A DNA stretch of 64,000 nucleotides, taken from the NCBI RefSeq assembly GCF_009914755.1, contig NC_060939.1. One strand, 5' to 3'. The DNA comes from the human T2T-CHM13v2.0 reference genome, Homo sapiens. Positions within the stretch are counted from its first letter, which is position 1, and every line of letters begins with the position of its first letter. Below, piece by piece: positions 36,845 through 51,000 of this stretch. The notes beneath the pieces are model-generated. The model searched no databases and was not told the DNA's origin. It worked only from the letters and a program-made list of their open reading frames with translations. The translations under genes were made by a program, and so were the position numbers.

Positions 36845-39800
36845 GATCACCCAGGTGATTCAACTCTAGACTAGGGACTGCCTACAGAGGTTATTGTGAA
36901 ATATCTCTGCACTGATAAACTAGGTGGTGTAACCCTTGTCCAAGCTCTGCCTACAGGTGCGTTTCCACATATCCCTGAACTGATGATAGAGGTGATGTAA
37001 CTCTTGCCTAGGCTTTGCCTACAGGGAACATTGGACATATATCTGCACTGATCACCCAGGTGATGCAACTCTTGCCTAGGCTTTGCCTACAGGGGACATT
37101 GTGACATATCTCTTCAATGATCACTCATGTGATGCATCTCTTGCCTAGGCTTTGCCTACAGGTGACATTGTGACATATCTCTGCACTGATCTCCCAGGTG
37201 CTGTAACTTTAGTCTAGGCTCTGGCTACACGGCATTGTGACATATCACTGCACTGATCAACCAGGTGATATAACTCTTGTATAGGCTCTGCCTACAGGGT
37301 TATTGTGACCTACCACTGCACTGATCACCCAGGTGATATAACTCTTCTCTAGGATCTGCCTACAGGGTACTTTGTGACATATCCCTGCACTGATCACCCA
37401 GGTGATCTAACTCTGGTCTAAGGTCTGCCTAAAGGGGCATTGTGACAGATCTCTGCACTGATCACTCTGGTGATGTAAGTATTGTCTAGGCTCTGCTTCA
37501 AGGGGCCTTGTCATATACCTCTGCACTGATCACCCAGGTGATGTAACTCTTGTCTAGGCTCTGCTTCCAGGGCATATTGTGACATATCTATGCACTGATC
37601 ACCTTAGTGATGTAACACTTTGGTAGGCTCGGCCTACAGGGGAATCTTGACATATCTCTGCACTGTTAACCGAGGTGATTTAACTCTTGTCTAGGCTGTG
37701 CCCACAGGGGGATTGAGACATATCTCTGCACTGATCCCGAGGTGATACAACTCTTGCCTGGTCTCTGCCTACTGTGGACATTGGGACATATCTCTGCACT
37801 GATCTCCCAGGTGCTGTAACTTTAGTCTAGGCTCTGGCTACACGGCATTGTGACATATCACTGCACTGATCACCCAGGCGATACAACTCTTCTCTAGGAT
37901 CTGACCACAGGGTGCTTTGTGACATCTCCCTATAATGATCACCCAGGTGATATACCACTTGCCAAGGCTCTGCCTACTGGGGCATTGCAATGTATCTCTG
38001 CACTGATCACCTAGGTCTTGTAGCTATTTTCTAGGATCTGCCTACAGGGTGCTTTGTGACGTGTCCCAGCAAGGATTACCCAGGTGATGTACCTCTCATC
38101 AAGGCTCTGCCTACAGGCACATTGTGATGTATCTCTGCACTGATCACCTAGGTCATGTAACTTTTTCCTAGGCTCTACCTACGATGGCATTGTGACATAT
38201 CTCTGCACTAATCATCCAAGTGATGTAACTCTTGTCTAGGATGTGCCTAAATTAACTTTTTGACATAACCCTGTACTGATCATCCAGGTGATGGAGCTTT
38301 TGTCTAGGCTCTGCCTAAGGGGGCATTGTGACATATTTCTGCATTGATCACCCAGGTGGCGAACTCTTCTCTCGGATCTGCCTATGGGGGCATTGTGAGA
38401 AATCTCTGCACTGATAACCCAGGTGATGTAACTGTTGTGTAACCTCTGCCTACAGGGGAATTGTGAGAGATCTCGTCACTGATTACCCAAGTGATGTAAC
38501 CGTTGTCTAGGCTTTGCATACAGGGTGCTTTGTGACATACATTTGCACTGATCACCCAGGTGATGTAACACATCTAAGTTCGGCCTAAAGGAGCTTTGTG
38601 ACATATCTCTGCACTGATCACTTAGGTGATGTAACACTTTTATAATCACTGCCTACAGGGAATTTTGACAAATCTCTGCACTGATCACCTAGGTGATGTA
38701 ACTCTTGTCTACCCTCTGTGCAACGGGGCCTTGTGAAATATCTCTGCACTGATCACCCAGGTGATTCAACTCTTGACTAGGAACTGCCTACAGAGGTTAT
38801 TGTGAAATATCTCTGCACTGATAAACCAGGTGGTGTAAACCTTGTCCAAGCTCTGCCTACAGGGGCGTTTCCACATATCCCTGAACTGATGACAAAGGTG
38901 ATGTAACTCTTGCCTAGGCTTTGCCTGCAGGGAACATTGGACATATATCTGCACTGATCACCCAGGTGATGCAACTCTTGCCTAGGCTTTGCCTACAGGG
39001 GACATCGTGACATATCTCTTCAATGATCACTCATGTGATGCATCTCTTGCCTAGGCTTTGCCTACAGGGGACATTGTGACATATCTCTGCACTGATCTCC
39101 CAGGTGCTGTAACTTTAGTCTAGGCTCTGGCTACACGGCATTGTGACATATCAATGCACTGATCAACCAGGTGATATAACTCTTTTATAGGTTTCTGCCT
39201 ACAGGGGGATTGTGAACTACCACTGCACTGATCACCCAGGTGATATAACTCTTCTCTAGGATCTGCCTACAGGGTACTTTGTGACATATCCCTACACTGA
39301 TCACCCAGGTGATCTAACTCTGGTCTAAGCTCTGCCTAAAGGGGCATTGTGACAGATCTCTGCACTGATCACTCTGGTGATGTAAGTATTGTCTAGGCTC
39401 TGCTTCAAGGGGCCTTGTCACATATCTCTGCACTGATCACCCAGGTGATGTAACTCTTGTCTAGGCTCTGCTTCCAGGGCATATTGTGACATATCTATGC
39501 ACTGATCACCTTAGTGATGTAACACTTTCGTAGGCTCGGCCTACAGGGGAATCTTGACATATCTCTGCACTGTTAACCGAGGTGATTTAACTCTTGTCTA
39601 GGCTGTGCCCACAGGGGGATTGAGACATATCTCTGCACTGATCCCGAGGTGATACAACTCTTGCCTGGTCTCTGCCTACTGTGGACATTGGGACATATCT
39701 CTGCACTGATCTCACAGGTGCTGTAACTTTAGTCTAGGCTCTGGCTACACGGCATTGTGACATGTCACTGCACTGATCACCCAGGCGATATAACTCTTCT

Positions 39801-42562
39801 CTAGGATCTGACCACAGGGTGCTTTGTGACATATCCCTGCAATGATCACCCAGGTGATATACCACTTGCCAAGGCTCTGCCTACAGGGGCATTGCAATGT
39901 ATCTCTGCACTGATCACCTAGGTCTTGTAGCTATTTTCTAGGATCTGCCTACAGGGTGCTTTGTGACGTGTCCCAGCAAGGATTACCCAGGTGATGTACC
40001 TCTCATCAAGGCTCTGCCTACAGGCACATTGAGATGTATCTCTGCACTGATCACCTAGGTCATGTAAATTTTGTATAGGCTCTACCTACGATGGCATTGT
40101 GACATATCTCTGCACTAATCATCCAAGTGATGTAACTCTTGTCTAGGATGTGCCTAAATTAACTTTTTGACATAACCCTGTACTGATCATCCAGGTGATG
40201 GAGCTTTTGTCTAGGCTCTGCCTAAGGGGGCATTGTGACGTATTTCTGCATTGATCCCCAAGTGGTGAACTCTTCTCTCGGATCTGCCTATGGGGGCATT
40301 GTGAGAAATCTCTGCACTGATCACCCAGGTGATGTAACTGTTGTGAAACCTCTGCCTACAGGGGAATTGTGAGAGATCTCGTCACTGATTACCCAAGTGA
40401 TGTAACCGTTGTCTAGGCTTTGCGTACAAGGGGCTTTGTGACATACATTTGCACTGATCACCCAGGTGATGTAACACATCTAAGTTCGGCCTAAAGGAGC
40501 TTTGTGACATGTCTCTGCACTGATCACTTAGGTGATGTAACACTTTTATAATGACGGCCTACAGGGAATTTTGACAAATCTCTGCACTGATCACCTAGGT
40601 GATGTAACTCTTGTCTACCCTCTGTCCAACGGGGCATTGTGAAATATCTCTGCACTGATCACCCAGGTGATTCAACTCTTGACTAGGAACTGCCTACAGA
40701 GGTTATTGTGAAATATCTCTGCACTGATAAACCAGGTGGTGTAACCCTTGTCCAAGCTCTGCCTACAGCGGCGTTTCCACATATCCCTGAACTGATCACA
40801 AAGGTGATGTAACTCTTGCCTAGGCTTTGCCTACAGGGAACATTGGACATATATCTGCACTGATCACCCAGGTGATGCAGCTCCTGCCTAGGCTTTGCCT
40901 ACAGCGGACATTGTGACATATCACTTCAATGATCACTCATGTGATGCATCTCTTGCCTAGGCTTTGCCTACAGGGGACATTGTGACATATCTCTGCACTG
41001 ATCTCCCAGGTGCTGTAACTTTAGTCTAGGCTCTGGCTCCACGGCATTGTGACATATCACTGCACTGATCAACCAGGTGATATAACTCTTGTATAGGCTC
41101 TGCCTACAGGGGGATTGTGACCTACCTCTGCACTGATCACCCAGGTGATATAACTCTTCTCTAGGATCTGCCTACAGGGTACTTTGTGACATATCCCTGC
41201 ACTGATCACCCAGGTGATCTATCTCTGGTCTAAGCTCTGCCTAAAGGGGCATTGTGACAGATCTCTGCACTGATCCCTCAGGTGATGTAAGTATTGTCTA
41301 GGCTCGGCTTCAAGGGGCCTTGTCACATATCTCTGCACTGATCACCCAGGTGATGTAACTCTTGTCTAGGCTCTGCTTCCAGGGCATATTGTGACATATC
41401 TATGCACTGATAACCTTAGTGATGTAACACTTTGGTAGCCTCGGCCTACAGGGGAATCTTGACATATCTCTGCACTGTTAACCGAGGTGATTTAACTCTT
41501 GTCTAGGCTGTGCCCACAGGGGGATTGAGACATATCTCTGCACTGATCCCGAGTTGATACAACTCTTGCCTGGTCTCTGCCTACTGTGGACATTGTGACA
41601 TATCTCTGCACTGATCTCCCAGGTGCTGTAACTTTAGTCTAGGCTCTGGCTACACGGCATTGTGACATATCACTGCACTGATCACCCAGGCGATATAACT
41701 CTGCTCTAGGATCTGACCACAGGGTGCTTTGTGACATATCCCTGCAATGATCACCCAGGTTATATACCACTTGCCAAGGTTCTGCCTACAGGGGCATTGC
41801 AATGTATCTCTGCACTGATCACCTAGGTCTTGTAGCTATTTTCTATGATCTGCCTACAGGGTGCTTTGTGACGTGTCCCAGCAACGATTACCCAGGTGAT
41901 GTACCTCTCATCAAGGCTCTGCCTACAGGCACATTGTGATGTATCTCTGCACTGATCACCTAGGTCATGTAACTTTTTTCTAGGCTCTACCGACGATGGC
42001 ATTGTGACATATCTCTGCACTAATCATCCAAGTGATGTAACTCTTGTCTAGGATGTGTCTAAATTAACTTTTTGACATAACCCTGTACTGATCATCCAGG
42101 TGATGGAGCTTTTGTCTAGGCTCTGCCTAAGGGGGCATTGTGACATATTTCTGCATTGATCACCCAGGTGGCGAACTCTTCTCTCGGATCTGCCTATGGG
42201 GGCATTGTGAGAAATCTCTGCACTGATCACCCAGGTGATGTAACTGTTGTGTAACCTCTGCCTACAGGGGAATTGTGAGAGATCTCGTCAATGATTACCC
42301 AAGTGATGTATCCGTTGTCTAGGCTTTGCATACAGGGGGCTTTGTGACATACCTTTGCACTGATCACCCAGGTGATGTAACACATCTAAGTTCGGCCTAA
42401 AGGAGCTTTGTGACATATCTCTGCACTGATCACTTAGGTGATGTAACACTTTTATAATCACTGCCTACAGGGAATTGAGACAAATCTCTGCACTGATCAC
42501 CTAGGTGATGTAACTGTTGTCTACCCTCTGTCCAACGGGGCATTGTGAAATATCTCTGCACT
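36845..42562 (+). repeat. Three full-length 28-mer HOR copies
   Basis: HOR starts at 36845, 38751 and 40657; next start 42563 (1906 each). Confidence 0.9.
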
Positions 42563-45500
42563 GATCACCCAGGTGATTCAACTCTTGACTAGGAACTGCC
42601 TACAGAGGTTATTGTGAAATATCTCTGCACTGATAAACTAGGTGGTGTAACCCTTGTCCAAGCTCTGCCTACAGGGGCGTTTCCACATATCCATGAACTG
42701 ATGACAAAGGTGATGTAACTCTTGCCTAGGCTTTGCCTACAAGGAACATTGGACATATATCTGCACTGATCACCCAGATGATGCAACTGTTGCCTAGGCT
42801 TTGCCTACAAGGTACATTGTGACATATCTCTGCACTGATCTCCCAGGTGCTGTAACTTTAGTCTAGGCTCTGGCTACACGGCATTGTGACATATCACTGC
42901 ACTGATCAACCAGGTGATATAACTCTTGTATAGGCTCTGCCTACAGGGGGATTGTGACCTACCTCTGCACTGATCACCCAGGTGATATAACTCTTCTCTA
43001 GGATCTGCCTACAGGGTACTTTGTGACATATCCCTGCACTGATCACCCAGGTGATCTATCTCTGGTCTACGCTCTGCCTAAAGGGGCATTGTGACAGATC
43101 TCTGCACTGATCACTCAGGTGATGTAAGTATTGTCTAGGCTCTGCTTCAAGGGGCCTTGTCACATATCTCTGCACTGATCACCCAGGTGATGTAACTCTT
43201 GTCTAGGCTCTGCTTCCAGGGCATATTGTGACATATCTATGCACTGATCACCTTAGTGATGTAACACTTTGGTAGGCTCGGCCTACAGGGGAATGTTGAC
43301 ATATCTCTGCACTGTTAACCGAGGTGATTTAACTCTTGTCTAGGCTGTGCCCACAGGGGGATTGAGACATATCTCTGCACTGATCCCGAGGTGATACAAC
43401 TCTTGCCTGGTCTCTGCCTACTGTGGACATTGGGACATGTCTCTGCACTGATCTCCCAGGTGCTGTAACTTTAGTCTAGGCTCTGGCTACACGGCATTGT
43501 GACATATCACTGCACTGATCACCCAGGCGATATAACTCTGCTCTAGGATCTGACCACAGGGTGCTTTGTGACATATCCCTGCAATGATCACCCAGGTTAT
43601 ATACCACTTGCCAAGGCTCTGCCTACAGGGGCATTGCAATGTATCTCTGCACTGATCACCTAGGTCTTGTAGCTATTTTCTAGGATCTGCCTACAGGGTG
43701 CTTTGTAACGTGTCCCAGCAACGATTACCCAGGTGATGTACCTCTCATCAAGGCTCTGCCTACAGGCACATTGTGATGTATCTCTGCACTGATCACCTAG
43801 GTCATGTAACTTTTTTCTAGGCTCTACCTACGATGGCATTGTGACATATCTCTGCACTAATCATCCAAGTGATGTAACACTTGTCTAGGATGTGTCTAAA
43901 TTAACTTTTTGACATAACCCTGTACTGATCATCCAGGTGATGGAGCTTTTGTCTAGGCTCTGCCTAAGGGGGCATTGTGACATATTTCTGCATTGATCAC
44001 CCAGGTGGCGAACTCTTCTCTCGGATCTGCCTATGGGGGCATTGTGAGAAATCTCTGCACTGATCACCCAGGTGATGTAACTGTTGTGTAACCTCTGCCT
44101 ACAGGGGAATTGTGAAAGATCTCGTCAATGATTACCCAGGTGATGTATCCGTTGTCTAGGCTTTGCATACAGGGGGCTTTGTGACATACCTTTGCACTGA
44201 TCACCCAGGTGATGTAACACATCTAATTTCGGCCTAAAGGAGCTTTGTGACATATCTCTGCACTGATCACTTAGGTGATGTAACACTTTTATAATCACTG
44301 CCTACAGGGAATTTTGACAAATCTCTGCACTGATCACCTAGGTGATGTAACTGTTGTCTACCCTCTGTCCAACGGGGCATTGTGAAATATCTCTGCACTG
44401 ATCACCCAGGTGATTCAACTCTTGACTAGGAACTGCCTACAGAGGTTATTGTGAAATATCTCTGCACTGATAAACTAGGTGGTGTAACCCTTGTCCAAGC
44501 TCTGCCTACATGGGCGTTTCCACATATCCATGAACTGATGACAAAGGTGATGTAACTCTTGCCTAGGCTTTGCCTACAGGGAACATTGGACATATATCTG
44601 CACTGATCACCCAGGTGATGCAACTGTTGCCTAGGCTTTGCCTACAGGGGACATTGTGACATATCTCTGCACTGATCTCCCAGGTGCTGTAACTTTAGTC
44701 TATGCTCTGGCTACACGGCATTGTGACATATCACTGCACTGATCAACCAGGTGATATAACTCTTGTATAGGCTCTGCCTACAGGGGGATTGTGACCTACC
44801 TCTGCACTGATCACCCAGGTGATATAACTCTTCTCTAGGATCTGCCTACAGTGGACTTTGTGACATATCCCTGCACTGATCACCCAGGTGATCTATCTCT
44901 GGTCTAAGCTCCGCCTAAAGGGGCATTGTGACAGATCTCTGCACTGATCACTCAGGTGATGTAAGTATTGTCTAGGCTCTGCTTCAAGGGGCCTTGTCAC
45001 ATATCTCTGCACTGATCACCCAGGTGATGTAACTCTTGTCTAGGCTCTGCTTCCAGGGCATATTGTGACATATCTATGCACTGATCACCTTAGTGATGTT
45101 ACACTTTGGTAGGCTCGGCCTACAGGGGAATCTTGACATAACTCTGCACTGTTAACCGAGGTGATTTAACTCTTGTCTAGGCTGTGCCCACAGGGGGATT
45201 GAGACATATCTCTGCACTGATCCCGAGGTGATACAACTCTTGCCTGGTCTCTGCCTACTGTGGACATTGTGACATATCTCTGCACTGATCTCCCAGGTGC
45301 TGTAACTTTAGTCTAGGCTCTGGCTACACGGCATTGTGACATATCACTGCACTGATCACCCAGGCGATATAACTCTGCTCTAGGATCTGACCACAGGGTG
45401 CTTTGTGACATATCCCTGCAATGATCACCCAGGTTATATACCACTTGCCAAGGCTCTGCCTACAGGGGCATTGCAATGTATCTCTGCACTGATCACCTAG

Positions 45501-48073
45501 GTCTTGTAGCTATTTCCTAGGATCTGCCTACAGGGTGCTTTGTGACGTGTCCCAGCAACGATTACCCAGGTGATGTACCTCTCATCAAGGCTCTGCCTAC
45601 AGGCACATTGTGATGTATCTCTGCACTGATCACCTAGGTCATGTAACTTTTTTCTAGGCTCTACCTACGGTGGCATTGTGACATATCTCTGCACTAATCA
45701 TCCAAGTGATGTCACTCTTGTCTAGGAAGTGTCTAAATTAACTTTTTGACATAACCCTGTACTGATCATCCAGGTGATGGAGCTGTTGTCTAGGCTCTGC
45801 CTAAGGGGGCATTGTGACATATTTCTGCATTGATCACCCAGGTGGCGAACTCTTCTCTCGGATCTGCCTATGGGGGCATTGTGAGAAATCTCTGCACTGA
45901 TCACCCAGGTGATGTAACTGTTGTGTAACCTCTGCCTACAGGGGAATTGTGAGAGATCTCGTCAATGACTACCCAAGTGATGTATCCGTTGTCTAGGCTT
46001 TGCATACAGGGGGCTTTGTGACATACCTTTGCACTGATCACCCAGGTGATGTAACACATCTAAGTTCGGCCTAAAGGAGCTTTGTGACATATCTCTGCAC
46101 TGATCACTTAGGTGATGTAACACTTTTATAATCACTGCCTACAGGGAATTTTGACAAATCTCTGCACTGATCACCTAGGTGATGTAACTCTTGTCTACCC
46201 TCTGTCCAACGGGGCATTGTGAAATATCTCTGCACTGATCACCCAGGTGACTCAACTCTTGACTAGGAACTGCCTACAGAGGTTATTGTGAAATATCACT
46301 GCACTGATAAACTAGGTGGTGTAACCCTTGTCCAAGCTCTGCCTACAGGGGCGTTTCCACATATCCATGAACTGATGACAAAGGTGATGTAACTCTTGCC
46401 TAGGCTTTGCCTACAGGGAACATTGGACATATATCTGCACTGATCACCCAGGTGATGCAACTGTTGCCTAGGCTTTGCCTACAGGGGACATTGTGACATA
46501 TCTCTGCACTGATTTCCCAGGTGCTGTAACTTTAGTCTAGGCTCTGGCTACACGGCATTGTGACATATCACTGCACTGATCAACCAGGTGATATAACTCT
46601 TGTATAGGCTCTGCCTACAGGGGGATTGTGACCTACCACTGCACTTATCACCCAGGTGATATAACTCTTCTCTAGGATCTGCCTACAGGGTACTTTGTGA
46701 CATATCCCTGCACTGATCACCCAGGTGATCTAACTCTGGTCTAAGCACTGCCTAAAGGGGCATTGTGACAGATCTCTGCACTGATCACTCTGGTGATGAA
46801 AGTTTTGTCAAGGCTCTGCTTCAAGGGGCCTTGTCACATATCTCTGCACTGATCACCCAGGTGATGTAACTCTTGTCTAGGCTCTGCTTCCAGGGCATAT
46901 TGTGACATATCTATGCACTGATCACCTTAGTGATGTAACACTTTGGTAGGCTCGGCCTACAGGGGAATCTTGACATATATCTGCACTGTTAACCGAGGTG
47001 ATTTAACTCTTGTCTAGGCTGTGCCCACAGGGGGATTGAGACATATCTCTGCACTGATCCCGAGGTGATACAATTCTTGCCTGGTCTCTGCCTACTGTGG
47101 ACATTGGGACATATCGCTGCACTGATCTCCCAGGTGCTGTAACTTTAGTCTAGGCTCTGGCTACACGGCATTGTGACATATCACTGCACTGATCACCCAG
47201 GCGATATAACTCTTCTCTAGGATCTGACCACAGGGTGCTTTGTGACATATCCCTGCAATGATCACCCAGGTGATATACCACTTGCCAAGGCTCTGCCTAC
47301 AGGGACATTGCAATGTATCTCTGCACTGATCACCTAGGTCTTGTAGCTATTTTCTAGGATCTGCCTACAGGGTGCTTTGTGACGTGTCCCAGCAAGGATT
47401 ACCCAGGTGATGTACCTCTCATCAAGGCTCTGCCTACAGGCACATTGTGATGTTTCTCTGCACTGATCACCTAGGTCATGTAAATTTTGTCTAGGCTCTA
47501 CCTACGATGGCATTGTGACATATCTCTGCACTAATCATCCAAGTGATGTAACTCTTGTCTAGGATGTGCCTAAATTAACTTTTTGAAATAACCCTGTACT
47601 GATCATCCAGGTGATGGAGCTTTTGTCTAGGCTCTGCCTAAGGGGGCATTGTGACATATTTCTGCATTGATCCCCCAGATGGCGAACTCTTCTCTCGGAT
47701 CTGCCTATGGGGGCATTGTGAGAAATCTCTGCACTGATCACCCAGGTGATGTAACTGTTGTGTAACCTCTGCCTACAGGGGAATTGTGAGAGATCTCGTC
47801 ACTGATTACACAAGTGATGTAACCGTTGCCTAGGCTTTGCGTACAAGGGGCTTTGTGACATACCTTTGCACTGATCACCCAGGTGATGTAACACATCTAA
47901 GTTCGGCCTAAAGGAGCTTTGTGACATATCTCTGCACTGATCACTTAGGTGATGTAACACTTTTATAATCACTGCCTACAGGGAATTTTGACAAATCTCT
48001 GCACTGATCACCTAGGTGATGTAACTCTTGTCTACCCCCTGTCCAACGGGGCATTGTGAAATATCTCTGCACT
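42563..48073 (+). repeat. Three tandem 27-mer HOR variants (1837 bp each) with an m4/m5 fusion
   Basis: HOR starts at 42563, 44400 and 46237; next start 48074. TCTTCAATGATCACTCATGTGATGCATC is absent, and all three share ATCCATGAACTG and GCAACTGTTGCC. Confidence 0.92.
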
Positions 48074-51000
48074 GATCACCCAGGTGATTCAACTCTTGAC
48101 TAGGAACTGCCTACAGAGGTTATTGTGAAATATCTCTGCACTGATAAACTAGGTGGTGTAACCATTGTCCAAGCTCTGCCTACAGGGGCGTTTCCACATA
48201 TCCCTGAACTGATGACAAAGGTGATGTAACTCTTGCCTAGGCTTTGCCTACAGGGAACATTGGACATATATCTGCACAGATCACCCAAGTGATGCAACTC
48301 TTGCCTAGGCTTTGCCTACAGGGGACATTGTGACATATCTCTTCAATGATCACTCATGTGATGCATCTCTTGCCTAGGCTTTGCCTACAGGGGACATTGT
48401 GACATATCTCTGCACTGATCTCCCAGGTGCTGTAACTTTAGTCTAGGCTCTGGCTACACGGCATTGTGACATATCACTGCACTGATCAACCAGGTGATAT
48501 AACTCTTGTATAGGCTCTGCCTACAGGGGGATTGTGACCTACCTCTGCACTGATCACCCAGGTGATATAACTCTTCTCTAGGATCTTCCTACAGGGTACT
48601 TTGTGACATATCCCTGCACTGATCACCCAGGGGATCTATCTCTGGTCTAAGCTCTGCCTAAAGGGGCATTGTGACAGATCTCTGCACTGATCACTCTGGT
48701 GATGTAAGTATTTTCTAGGCTCTGCTTCAAGGGGCCTTGTCACATATCTCTGCACTGATCACCCAGGTGATGTAACTCTTGTCTAGGCTCTGCTTCCAGG
48801 GCATATTGTGACATATCTATGCACTGATCACCTTAGTGATGTAACACTTTGGTAGGCTCGGCCTACAGGGGAATCTTGACATATCTCTGCACTGTTAACC
48901 GAGGTGATTTAACTCTTGTCTAGGCTGTGCCCACAGGGGGATTGAGACATATCTCTGCACTGATCCCGAGGTGATACAACTCTTGCCTGGTCTCTGCCTA
49001 CTGTGGACATTGTGACATATCTCTGCACTGATCTCCCAGGTGCTGTAACTTTAGTCTAGGCTCTGGCTACACGGCATTGTGACATATAAATGCACTGATC
49101 ACCCAGGCGATATAACTGTTCTCTAGGATCTGACCACAGGGTGCTTTGTGACATATCCCTGCAATGATCACCCAGGTGATATACCACTTGCCAAGGCTCT
49201 GCCTACAGGGGCATTCCAATGTATCTCTGCAATGATCACGTAGGTCTTGTAGCTATTTTCTAGGATCTGCCTACAGGGTGCTTTGTGACGTGTCCCAGCA
49301 AGGATTACCCAGGTGATGTACCTCTCATCAAGGCTCTGCCTACAGGCACATTGTGATGTATCTCTGCACTGATCACCTAGGTCATGTAACTATTTTCTAG
49401 GCTCTACCTACGATGGCATTGTGACATATCTCTGCACTTATCATCCAAGTGATGTAACTCTTGTCTAGGATGTGCCTAAATTAACTTTTTGACATAACCC
49501 TGTACTGATCATACAGGTGATGGAGCTTTTGTCTAGGCTCTGCCTAAGGGGGCATTGTGACATATTTCTGCATTGATCACCCAGGTGGCGAACTCTTCTC
49601 TCGGATCTGCCTATGGGGGCATTGTGAGAAATCTCTGCACTGATCACCCAGGTGATGTAACTGTTGTGTAACCTCTGCCTACAGGGGAACTGTGAGAGAT
49701 CTCGTCACTGATTACCCAAGTGATGTAACCGTTCTCTAGGCTTTGCATACCGGGGGCTTTGTGACATACCTTTGCACTGATCACCCAGGTGATGTAACAC
49801 ATCTAAGTTCGGCCTAAAGGAGATTTGTGACATATCTCTGCACTGATCACTTAGGTGATGTAACACTTTTATAATCACTGCCTACAGGGAATTTTGACAA
49901 ATCTCTGCACTGATCACCTAGGTGATGTAACTGTTGTCTACCCTCTGTCCAACGGGGCATTGTGAAATATCTCTGCACTGATCACCCAGGTGATTCAACT
50001 CTTGACTAGGAACTGCCTACAGAGGTTATTGTGAAATATCTCTGCACTGATAAACTAGGTGGTGTAACCCTTGTCCAAGCTCTGCCTACTGGGTCTTTTC
50101 CACATATCCCTGAACTGATGACCGAGGTGATGTAACTCTTGCCTAGGCTTTGCCTACAGGGAACATTGGACATATATCTGCCCTGATCACCCAGGTGATG
50201 CAACTCTTGCCTAGGCTTTGCCTACAGGGGACATTGTGACATATCTCTTCAATGATCAATCATGTGATGCATCTCTTGCCTAGGCTTTGCCTACAGGGGA
50301 CATTGTGACATATCTCTGCACTGATCTCCCAGGTGCTTTAACTTTAGTCTAGGCTCTGGCTACACGGCATTGTGACATATCACTGCACTGATCAACCAGG
50401 TGATATAACTCTTGTATAGGCTCTGCCTACAAGGGGATTGTGACCTACCTCTGCACTGATCACCCAGGTGATATAACTCTTCTCTAGGATCTTCCTACAG
50501 TGTACTTTGTGACATATCCCTGCACTGATCACCCAGGTGATCTATCTCTGGTCTAAGCTCTGTCTAAAGGGGCATTGTGACAGATCTCTGCACTGATCAC
50601 TCAGGTGATGTAAGTATTGTCTAGGCTCTGCTTCAAGGGGCCTTGTCACATATCTCTGCACTGATCACCCAGGTGATGTAACTCTTGTCTAGGCTCTGCT
50701 TCCAGGGCATATTGTGACATATCTATGCACTGATCACCTTAGTGATGTAACACTTTGGTAGGCTCGGCCTACACGGGAATCTTGACATATATCTGCACTG
50801 TTAACCGAGGTGATTTAACTCTTGTCTAGGCTGTGCCCACAGGGGGATTGAGACATATCTCTGCACTGATCCCGAGGTGATACAACTCTTGCCTGGTCTC
50901 TGCCTACTGTGGACATTGTGACATATCTCTGCACTGATCTCTCAGGTGCTGTAACTTTAGTCTAGGCTCTGGCTACACGGCATTGTGACATATCACTGCA

